In this document: positions 14,701 through 26,700 of the stretch, in pieces
Layout: every line of letters begins with the position of its first letter
Position numbering within the stretch: the stretch's first letter is position 1
Source of the DNA: Catajapyx aquilonaris
Lineage: Eukaryota
Assembly: GCA_000934665.2 (NCBI GenBank)
Contig: KZ538169.1
Span: 1-64,000, forward strand
Reading direction: 5' to 3'
Length of the DNA: 64,000 nt
The notes under the pieces: generated by a model
Database searches by the model: none
Seen by the model: only the letters and a program-made list of their open reading frames with translations
What the model was told of the DNA's origin: nothing
Translations under genes and position numbers: made by a program

Positions 14701-17700
14701 TGATGCATCCTTAACTAATTCAGTAGGCTGCGAACACCTGAGAAAGCTTCAGTTTGTCTTAAGTTTGGCTAGATTCGTATAGGTGTTCTCAAACGCCGAG
14801 AATCGGTGTAGCTTGAGCGACAGCGACAAGTCGCAAGTGAACTTGTCGCTCACGCGAACAACTCGCGAATTCGCTCGAAGGCTCTTGTCCTCCCGAACAT
14901 GCAGTTTCAGTTGAATTGTCCAGTTAGCGATTTTTCGCAATATGATGCTAATAGCATTATGAGTTAAAAGTAGCTGCTTATATTAGTCGATTGGATGTAC
15001 CCGTAAGGGAATTAGGAGAATGTAGGCACGAACAATTTCGTTAGATAACTGCTACGGTAACAGCTATTTGGTACCTGCTAAAGTTGTCACTTAAAAGTAG
15101 CTAATATAAATGGAATGTCTGCATATTGACTAAATTAGGCTGGTGTAGGCTCCGAACAGTGGGGCTAAAACTGGTAGTTACTTTTGACAAACAGCTAAAG
15201 TAGCAGCTATTTTGGTGCCTGCTAAAGTTATAACGTAGAAGTAGCTAATATAAGTCAAATGGTCGCATTTTAACTAAATTAGAAGGGTGTAGGCTTCGCA
15301 AAAACTGATGGTTACTTTTGTCAACTGATAAAGTAGCAGCTATTTTGGTAACTGCGTAGTGTTAAGCAGCGTGGGGCCTAAAAATCCCTAGCCGTTTCAA
15401 TCAGCATGTAGACAATAAGCAGACATACTTTTGACAACAGCTATTTTGATAATACTTAGTGATAAGCAGCGTATGGACTAAAAATCGCTGACCATTTCAA
15501 TCACAGCGTGTAGACCATAAGCAGACAAGTGCCTAATCGACTCCGTTGGCCGCCATTAGCGATGCCTGGCACATGCGGCCATATTGGAAAACTTTTTTCG
15601 AGGCGCATAATTAGGCCTCGGGTTTTCGCCAAAAGTGAACTCGCAGCACGCGTGCGGAATTGTTCCGGGCTCCGGAGTCGGTTAAACGCACAGGAACAGG
15701 GCAGCGACGATTTACGGGCCCGGAAATCGGGTTGCGAAATCGCGATGCGGTCGAGCGGACGGCCATTTTGGAGCGAAGTGGAGGATCGAACATGGCCGAC
15801 TGAATATATATTTTTTTTAAAGCGGGGGAGGAGCGATAACGAGATGGGCTAATTGCAATTTAGTCGATAAACTGGCGCGGGGAATTATTTGGCCCCAGGA
15901 GCGACGGTAAACTCATCACTTCCCCCCGAACGTTGCTCTGTGACACCGCACGCATTGCGACCAGTTAAGGGTTAATTGGGACTAAACACTGTTGGTGGGC
16001 GCGATATGGGAGGATTAATGAGCGCGCGTCCTAATTATTAAGAAGCGTCGTCCCTTTTTTGTTGTGACGTCACAGGTTTATGCAGTATTTCTAGACCTGC
16101 AGTGGCTGGGGTGGGGGTTGGTGGGAGGAGCGGGAGCCTTTTGCAAGGTTCCTTCCACATTGTGAACTCGCACAAAAGCCTCCTTGACACGCTTCCTCCC
16201 TGGCAGAAGCAGCATCTTTGACAGAGATTCCTCTTTTTCTCGTCTGCGTTGCCGCTGCAGGCGACGCGGAACCGACTATTTGACGTCACTTGTCGCCGCC
16301 CGGAAGCTTCCAATCACGGCGTGCCCTGCAGGTGCCGGGGGGATATTGGTGCGAGTAATGCGAAGCTGCCGCCATCTTGCTGGGAAAATTTAGTCATTTC
16401 AGAAAGGTTCATTTTAGAGGGTGCTTAATTTGCGATTGGGACGTTCTCTGCCGATTTGCGCATGCGCAGCGTCGGCTCAAAGTCGTGAGGTGGGAATGAT
16501 GGCAGCCATCTTGACTAGTCGGTCAAAGGAGTATCTTTCCAGACCAGACCAAGATATTAACCTCGAACAGAAGTGCTGCCTCCTAGGCAGCACCTCTGTT
16601 ACAGGCTTATTTCTTGGTCTGATCTAGAAAGATACTCGTACTGGTGGCGCCACGGTGGTGGGAAAAGAGCAAACCGATACATCTCTTATTGTTAGATTCG
16701 CTCTTTTTCGCTATTAACAAGTGGCGCCACAAGTACGATTTGGCATGAACAATGCTGAAGGACTTTCCCTCTCTATATTCGACCTTGCGCATGCTTATTC
16801 TCACGCCAGTTTTGTAGTCAAGACCCGGCGCGTACAATCTAGAGGCTCCCTGGCTGATTCTGGCATACTATTGCAAAAGTAGAGAAAATGTTATTGCTTC
16901 AGAATAGTTCCACTGTCCTGCTTAACACTTGCGTCCAGACGCGCCTCTGTGGCAGTTAGTACGTCCACAGCCGGCCCGTAAAGTTGCGAGACGGCGGCCA
17001 TCTTGCCCATATCCATGCTGTCGCCTGTATAATAGTAGATAGTAGTGTAAATATTGACGAGATTTTAGTAACTGCAGAATAGTTCGCTGTCCCGCAAAAC
17101 GCTGACGTCCAGATGCGCCCCTGCGGCAGTTAGTACATCCACTGCCGGCCCGTAAAGTTGCGAGGCGGCGGCCATCTTGCCCACATTCATGCCGTCACCG
17201 CTTGAATAGCAGTGAAAATTCAGCGAAATTTTAGTTGCTTCATAATAGTTCGCTCTCTAGCTCAACACGGGCGTTCAGACGCGCCTCTGAGCCAATTTGT
17301 ACGTCCACAGCCGACCCGTAAAGTCTCGAGGCGGAAACCAGGCCGCCATCTTGGCCGCGTTGCCAAGTCTGCGGTCTAATACCGGGAGAGGACCAAGCAA
17401 AATGACAGTTGTCAGGTGACGTCTTCTCCGCTTCTGAATTAGCAATGATCCGGAGGCATTTAGCCGCCTGAATAATACAGGACTCCGGAGTTTGCGGGGG
17501 CAGAGAAAACCGGGCTCAGCTCGATACTGTTTCAAGTGTCCGAAAAACCCGCTGCGACGCTATTAGAAAGTTTTCGGAGACGTTTCGTTGTAGGTGATTT
17601 GCGCACATATCCATTGCAAATGGAGGCTAAATGAGGCTCGGAAGGTCACTTCCGAGGTCGATTTAAGTCTCTCTGCTTTTACTACAATCTTGGACCGAAT

Positions 17701-20700
17701 CGTCCATGTTTTATTCAGTTACGTCTTTTTTTCGTACTTTATGGTCTCGTAATGGGCCATGCATGTAATTCCGGTAATGATAGTGTTTATCGCCCGATAC
17801 GATCGAGTAGTGGCATGGTATCCCCCCACGGAATAACTAATATGAGGAATAGCCAGTAGCCAGACATAGTAACTGAAAAGTGAACATACAGCACTCGAAG
17901 AAAGGTGGGGGTGTGCTTGTACCATTATTTATCTATGTGTGTGTGTGCGTGTGTTTATTTACTTATTTGTATGGAATTTTTTGGGTAGAACTCACTGCCT
18001 TTTATGCTCGCCAGTGTAGCCAACTGTAGTTAGCTGCTAGGCCTCGTGTTTTTTGGTGGGGGTTATGGGGGAAATAACTTATGTTGGTGACCCCAAAGTG
18101 GCAACTCATGACGAGCCTCTTGTGCCCCTCCTGCATGGCGTCACCTTTTGACACCACCGGTGGCCACGTGTGTGTGGGCAAGCTTTTGGTTTTATGTTGT
18201 TTTTTTTTTGGAAAATGCAAAGTCTAGAACCAGCTTTTAGGGATTAGTGTGCTGGTTTTAGACCTTGCGGGATACCCTGTAGTGTGTTTTTAACTAATGG
18301 GGGATTGTTTTTTGTGAAAAACTTACCACGACCTTTGACCTCCCCCCATTTTTGTCGATGTTGTGAGGTTTTTTACTTTTGTGTAGTGACCCGACTACGT
18401 AACGTCACCGAGTTCCACCCTCCTGTTCCTTCAGGTGATGGGCAAATGCCTCCGAACTGTCACGGTGACCTTTGACCCAGATGATCTTCAACTGCAGCAA
18501 TGATTCATTGTGATTTAATCCTGTCAAAATTTAAAAACTTGAAATTGTTGATACAGCTGACGTCTTGATCATGCGGTGTTGGACCCACCAATCAGCGCAA
18601 TGATTGGTGGGTCCAATCCGTAACGACGCCAACGACGCCCATGTGAACGGCCTGATGTAGTCCATGGGTCGTAAGATTGCACTGCCAAAAAAATGTCCTT
18701 GCTCCATCAGCACTCTAGCAAGGTGAAGGTTATGAAAATGACCTTTCACCTTGCGAGAGTGCTGACGGGTTGTGCCAGGGTGTCATCATAGACGTTCCAG
18801 ACATGCAATCTTGAGGCCCATTTACACGATGACGGTCCTAACGGAAGTAGGAACGGTCAGCCAATCAAAATGCTCCACTCTGATAGGAATTGGGAGAATT
18901 CTGTTTGGCTGATCGTCCCTACTTTGGTTAGGACCGGCATCGTGTAAACGGGCATTTAGGATCGGTGGACTAATCGCAGCTTTGCCCAATTCGCTTTATC
19001 TGAATGCCACCCACTCCGGACACCCAAGCTGATAACTGAGGGCGATAAGAGATTCACCAACGTGTCTGTAAGGACGAATGTCGCGTACAGGGTCTGCAAG
19101 GTCCTTACAGATTTTGTAGATGCGGCTTTTTTTGTTTCTCTTGGGACGACAGAAGTGTCCGTAGTGGGTTGCAATTTGACTTGACTCGATTAGTGACAAT
19201 TCCTGGAGAGGCCTGACCCACAACAAAGCACCGTGCCCAGCATCTGATCACCCCTGTTTTGTCTCCTATCTCTGCTGGAACTAACTCAAAAAAAAATGAG
19301 CTTCAAATTCAGCGGATTCAGAAGCACATTGTTGAGAAAGTAGAGCGAGAGAGTGAGTGTGTGTGAATGTGAGGGCCTGTTGAGGTGGAGATATCTGAAG
19401 TTTATTGGGCCTTTTTTTGAACATCAAATATTATTTTTGAACAATATATTATTTTTTATATTCCCCCCCTGTTTCTTTTTTTTTATTTCTTCCAAAATCC
19501 CGCCCACTTTTTTCTATCCCCCGCCTTCCCCCATCTCTTCGTAGGAGGCCCAACAGACTTCAGAGCTCCTCCCCGAAGGCTGGTGCCAGATAGGAGGCGA
19601 AACCTTAGAGGTATGTGTGGCTTTTGCTCCTTGCTCTCTTTTCCTATTTTTTAAAAATATATATTTCTAAATTTTTTAGTCAATTTTTGTGTTATGTAGG
19701 GGATAGTGCGGTTTTTCTATGCATGGCTGTGTGTTTTTTTGGGATTTATGTGTGTAGTGTAGGGCATGTGGGGTTTTTTGTGGCTTTTTTTGTAGGTTGA
19801 GCTGATCAGGGGGATTCTGATTGGCTGAAGAGGTTTGGTAGAATGTGACGGGCGATGTGATTGGGTGAGCCCAGCAATGTTGGAACATCCGTTGCCCAGG
19901 ATCCCGACTGGAAAGTATCGATATGTAGACCGATATATCGATGGATCCAAGAACTTAGCCGTGTTATAACGAACTGATGCCTCCTAGCATATCGATACGC
20001 TGATTTTTCATAAAAGCGAATCGAAATATTGACTGATCTAATAGATAAATATCGAATAGTTGCCTACTAGCATATCAGTACACTGATTTTCCATAAAACG
20101 CATCGAAATATTGGATATTGACCGTTCGACTATTCGATAAATATCGAACTGTTGCCTATTAGCATATCAATACGTTGGTTTTGTTTCTTAAAAATGGATG
20201 TAAATATCGGACATCGACTGATATGAAGTCGATAAATATTAGTTGCCTACTAGCATATCGATACACTGATTTTTAAAAAATAACGAAATATCGGATATTG
20301 ACTGATTGACAAATTGATGAATATCGAACTGTTGCGTAACCACATCGATTACAGGTCGATATATCGAATAACTTGTGAACAGCTGCCTGTTAGCATATAT
20401 CGATGCGTTGGTTTTGTTTCTTAAAAATGTATCGAAATATAGCATATCGAAAGTAACTGTTGCTTACTAGTCAGTATCGGTATGTTGATTTTGAAAATTA
20501 ACAGCAAAATATCTAATATCGACTAATTGACAAATCGATGAATATATAACTGTTACCAAACCATATATCGATTGCAGGCCGATATATCGAGTAACTTGTG
20601 ATGTGATGCTGAACTGTAGTTGCCTATTAGCATCTCGATACATTGGTTTTTCACAAATAGGCATCTAAATATGGATAAGTTACATATCGACAAATCGATG

Positions 20701-23700
20701 AATATTGGACTGTTGCCTACCAGCATATCGATTTTAGGGCAATATATTGAAAATATATTAATCGAAGAACTTGTGATCTGCTGAAGTGTTACCTGGTAGC
20801 ATATTGATACCGTGTTTTTTCTTTCATGAACATGGACCGAAATATCGTAAATCGGCAGATCAAAAAATACCAAACTGTTACCAGCGCCGATTATAGACCG
20901 ATATATCCATTAATTGAAGAACTAGTGATATGTTGAACAGTTGCCTGATAGCATATCGATACGTAAAATTTTCACGTGAGTGGATCGAGATATCAGAAAT
21001 CGGCGTCGAAAAATTTAAAATACCTACCAGCGGCGATATATCGACTGATAGACCTATTAAAGGGTATTCTTTGTCGTGTCTGAATTGTTTCGCAGTAGTC
21101 AGGCCGATTCTCTGCAAGTATCGACTGGGGTTGCCGATGTATCGAAATATATATCCGAGATTTTAAAGGGGGTGATTCAGCTGGTGGCTCCACCTGCGAG
21201 TTGGACCATGAACCAGCCCTGGTTTTTCATGCAACAATATTGATTCGGGCCGCGTCCAACTAACCCTGGGATGACGATTTACAAGTCATATTAGAGAGTG
21301 GGCCATACCCAATGGTGACAAAAGAGTGACATACGATCCGCCATTTTTAGTCCATGCACATATTTTTGTGTGGAGCGAAACTATGCAGGTTTCGTAGACG
21401 TGTTTTGGGGCCGCATAGTCTCGGGGACTTTGCCCGAAGCAGACGCCTTTACAAGTTGCCAAGCGCTAGGAATATTTATAATCTAGCCCCTAGAGTTAGA
21501 GCTAGAAAAAAAATAGGAACCGTGCCAGAATTTTGTGGCTTATGATGGTCTATTACTAGACTCTCAGGTAGATCTATCGCATTTGTCGTCTTTCCCACCC
21601 TTCAAAAAATACTGGTCTTCCGGTGTGTTGGGACGAGAGTTAATGAACGCTGATTACTATTGATCCGGTGTCGGTTTTAATGGGCCAGGTGTCCGGAATG
21701 GGACGGCGGGAGGTTGACATTAATGGGACGATTGGATGGAGGGGAGTGCCTTGCTCATAGATGGCAGCGTGATTGGCTGGGATCAAGGTCACTTGGTCGT
21801 GGGTTGGCCGATATCGCGGATATCAGCGAGAAAAGGACTTCTCGTACGCTTTTTAGTCGCGACTCGCTGCCGGAAAGCGTGGCGAGAAGTTTATTCCAAT
21901 TTTGAGAATATGTACTACTGGTAGCAGTTGTTTAAATTGCTTATGGCGGGTGTCATTTAAATGCTGGTAGCAGTTATTTCGTATTGTTGTTATCAGACGC
22001 GCGGATATCAGCGAGACAAGGTCATTTCGCACGCGTTTTAGGCGCGACTTGCTGCCGAAAAGCGTGGAGAAAAGTTTATTCAAATGTTGAGAATATGTAC
22101 TATTTCGCTCACAAATATGGTAGAGGATTTTGCATTTGGTTTCAATGCAAAATCGTCTTCATCTTTTTGAGCGATATAGTACTGCTGGTAGCAGTTATTT
22201 AAATTGGTTCTGGCGGGTGCTATTTAAATGCTAGTAGCAGGTATCTCGTATTATTGTTATCAGCGAGAACATGTCATTTCGCACGCTTTTTAAGTGCGAC
22301 TCGCTGCCAGAAAGCGTGTCGAGAAATTTAATTTCTGAGAACTTGTTCTACTGGTCGCAGTTATTCAGATGTGCGGATATCAGCGGGAAAAGGTCTCATA
22401 ATTCGCGAGTAGCTGCCAGAAAGCGTGGCGAATTTTATTTTATTTTTGAATTCAATCTACTGGTAGTAGTTATGCCAGTAGCAGTTGTTTAATTCCTTCT
22501 GGCAGTAGTTATTTAAATGCTAGTAGCAGTTATTTCGATTTGTACTGATAGTCGTTATGCCTATGCTATGGCACTAGCAAGGGGGTATCCACTCCCCCAA
22601 AAAGGTGTACACTGGTTCCTGGAACCTGTTGGTTCCACCAGGTTCCATGCCGGTTCCACAGGGACCATGTACACCGGTGCGTCGGGCAGTAGCAGTTATT
22701 TTATTTGGTCTTGGTAGCAGCTATTTAAATGATAGTAGTTATTTTGATTTGCTGTACCGATGGCAGTTATTCAGATCGTCAGATGCTAGCAGGTTATTTA
22801 AATTGGATCAGACAGCTGGTATTTAAATACTAGTAGCAGTTGTTTCTTTTACCGCTAGCAGTTATTGGTAACGGTTATGTTGCGACATTCAGAGCATTTT
22901 TTTATATTTCAGATTACGCGGAATGTTTCGCAAGTGTCTTTTGAAATGTCGCTCGCCTCCGGTTGTCGCTTTTTGAGATGTACGCTGGAGGTGGAGATGA
23001 ATTCCGTTCCCGCATGTTTAATTCCGTCCCCAGGGGTCTCTCATAAGGGGGGCGAAAGCAAGGCCTGGAATAAGCACGGGAAACACGGTGGAAAAATCTG
23101 GGCTTCCGGGGCTGCCATATTCAAATGTGGAGCACGCTTTTTAGTAGCGAGTCGCACCAGAGGCAAGCTAGTTCGTAGCGATTTGTGTCGCTAAGCTGCT
23201 CTGTTCACAACCTCGCGAGAACTAGTTTTGAAGCGAATTCTAGATATTGTAGCGTGAGCGAGAAGTCAGTTGGCGTCTCGCTTACGCTTTCGCTACGACC
23301 GATTGTAGCTAGGGAACACCTGTGAGGGTTGACCTCCTCAGGCGATCCCTCTGACCCCGCAGGGTCGTGGTCCAATAATACGACGGGTATGGATCAACCG
23401 TAGACCGGCCCGTAACCGGACCAAAGCACGACTAAATCAAGTATAGAGCCCACACCCAGGCATGCGAAGGCGCCCTCCTGCCATCTAGTGATGGGTAATA
23501 GGCAGCAGAGATATCGAAAATTAGTTGCAAGTATTAGTTATAATTGGTAATTTTCGAGTGAATCGCCTCGCTCGTTGGCAGCGAGAATGGATTGAATTTG
23601 AGCGTGAGCGACAAGCCAATTCACGCACTAGATTCGCCCGTCGACTTCTCGCTCAAAAAATGTCGCTGCCCAAAAGCGTGTTATAAGGATAGTCCCGTGT

Positions 23701-26700
23701 ACGCAAAAAATGTAAGCGAATCACCCATCGGTGTTAGCAGGCGAATGGGTTGCGATAATTCGCTTCTCGCTCACGCTTTTTGGCAGCTAGTCGCGCCCCA
23801 TTGGCTACAAGTTTATCACTTATAGTTTGATCGTCCGAAATGAGTCCACCATGTTTAGTCCTAATGCTGTACTGCAGGATTTAAAATTATACACGCTGCT
23901 GACGGTTAGCGGTGAACGTTCTCGCTTCTTTTAAAGTCCAACTTGTCCTAATGCTTATGAACGGCCTGTTTGCCAGTGGCAAAATTCCAGGTATGCGCCT
24001 GGAATTTTGCACCACTGGAAATACCGCTCTATGTTACAAATTTTTGGACGCGACAACTCACATGTCAACCTCACCAGCCTGTCATTTGTCATCCAAAATA
24101 ACCGGCCGGGAATTTTACCAAGCGTTAAAATTTTGGGAGACATTTGATTGGATTTGATGGGACCAGTTTTGCACAGATCGTTCCTCATTTCGAGGGTAAT
24201 TGAGGGAATGGAACGGAGTGGAACGAGTGAGCTGGAAGGCGTCCAGACGACTTATGCAATCAAAAGTTACGGGCTTTGATTTTTTTTTTTTTTTTTTGAA
24301 ACAGCGGCACATTGTCCAAGTGCATGTAACCTTGTGTAATAGGCGTAGTAAAACGGCGGTACATTGTCGTTGTTTGTTTTAAACCGGCTGTTATTTTGAC
24401 AGCCCCAGCAGGTGGCGCGTTTTTATTCGGAGCTGTTGGCAACCCTGTTTTCAGCACCCTATTGGTCTGGATTGAACATGGCGGACTGGGCAAATCGACA
24501 CACTTAAAATATTAGGTTCGATTTCATTTAAAATTCGCCATGTTCGGAATTCCTAGAACCGGCTTCATAATCCATATTTCGGTAAACATTTTCCTTATCC
24601 GGAGCCCGGAAAACCAGTTCCCCATTCACGAATCCGGGTTTCCGGGTTTCCGTTTCGAGACTTCGTAGCATGAGCGAGAAGCCGCTTCTCGCTGACGCTA
24701 CGAATTTCGCCGCGCTTGTTGGCTTGACAGCGAGTTGCGCCCTCATTGGCTATAAGCTACAATAAGTCAATAACTTATATTTTTATCGTCCGAAATGTGT
24801 GCGCCATGTTTAGTCCAAATACTGCCGGTTTTCTTTTACGGCAAGAAGTTGCACACTATACATCACTTTATAATTGATATATTTAAGGAGGTTGGCCCAG
24901 CATTGCCTTTCAACCTCCAAGGATAGGGAAGGAAGGAAGCGGCTGTGGCCTATTATACGGAAGCGACCCCGGAATTATCCTAGAAAGACCGTGGAAAACC
25001 ACAGAAAACCACGGTCAAGGTTGCCGGCCCCGGGATTCGAACCCAGGACCTCCCGATTAGCAGTCGGACGCCCTATCCACTATGCCAACCTGCCTCGGTG
25101 GTAATACATCACTGAAGGTTTCCCGGTAATCTGTGTTTCCTAATCCGGACATCGGAAATCCGGTTTTCCAGTCCTGATTTCGGAAACCCTGTTCCTAATC
25201 CCGAACTCGAAATCCGGTGCCCGAATCCGGCCTGTTACAGTTTCCCAATTCCAATGTTGGAAACCCGGTTTCCTATAAAATTCAAAGAGTCCGGAAAATC
25301 GGCTTTCCGATTCTGGAAATCCGGTTTTCCAATCCCAGTTTTGGAAACGTTGTTCCTGATCCCGAATCCGAAAACTGGTGTCCTATTCCGGGGTCCGGGA
25401 ACCGGTTTCCCATTTCCGGAAATCCGTTTTTTCCCGATTCTGATTTCCGAAACCCTGTTTCTAATCCCGAGTCAGAAAACCGCTGCTCTAGTCCGGAGTC
25501 CGGGAACCGGTTTCCCATTTCCGGAAATCCGGTTTTCCAATCCTGAAGGGAGGTTCCCAAGGTGAGGGCGCTCTTAAGTTAAGTAGTCATTTCTCTTAAA
25601 TACCAGACCTTTTCTCTTAGCCCTGGACAGAGAAGGGAGTGCAATTCTGCCCGGACATGTCGGGTGAAAAGCTGAAAATGACCCGACGAAGCGAAGGTGA
25701 CGGGGACGGGATTTGAATCCCTGACCTCCCGCCAGGCTGGCCAGCATAGACCACAATGCCCCCCTTCTGATCCCGAACCCGAAAACCGCTGCCCTATTCC
25801 GGAGTGCGGAAACCGGTTTTCCGATCCCTATTCCGGAAAACCGGGGGCGTTCGTCACCATCTGGGGGAGGAAAGTGATTGACGGCGCAAGCAAAGAGGGC
25901 AGTGTTAACCCAGACAAGAGAGTCCATTGTCGAGGGCGTCGTGGGCGGCAAAATCCACACATTTCTCCGCCGACAAACGCTATAGACGTCGCGACCAATG
26001 ACCGGCCGGATCCCTGGGAATGACAGACGACACTGCGGGACATAATATTGTCAAGTGGCTCACCCTGCGAGCCCTATTAGACTTGGCTTAGTTCTAAAAC
26101 AATGGTTGGGTTTTGTATCGATTGGGGGCGCCAGAGGAGCAGCCCAGGGGTTGCCAGAGTGTGCAAAACCCTCTGGGGATAAATCACAGGGGGAGGTATC
26201 CTGCTGACCACTAATGGCCGCCCAGGAGACAAAATGGCCCCTGGGTTAACCGCCGACAGATGGCTCTGGCTGGCTGCGCTGACGTCACTTCATGGTCTCC
26301 CAATGGGGGGAAAGAGGAGCTGGGAATTTATGGCGGGAGATTACTTTATCATGTTGACCGCAATCCCAAATGTACCGAAAAAAAAAGCGTGGAGTTATCC
26401 GCTCTCCAATAGTGTGTTCAAGTTGGATAACTGCGGATGACAATTGCAGCTGATGCGGATCGTCGTTTAAGCTGGATGGATGGGATCAGCTAGGGTCACG
26501 GGGGTGTCACGCTCGTGTATGACCCGTATGCTGGTCGTGTGACTACTATAGCTACAGTCTTGGGGTATCAAAGAGCTGTCTAGTAGCTGTCTTTACTCTG
26601 ATAACAGCTATTTAATTCTCCACCCCCACCTATTGACCCTTGCAAGTTCCTCCCTAACCCCCTCTAGGGTCCGAGGCCCTAACCTCCACCCCCCAGTCCC

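Noticed and set aside
25025..25100. tRNA-Ser(GCT) gene
   Set aside because: No acceptor stem and no long variable arm; followed by a SINE body and flanked by TSDs.
25217..25565. ORFs with repeated NRFPISGNP motifs
   Set aside because: Translation of a degenerate satellite, open in several frames.
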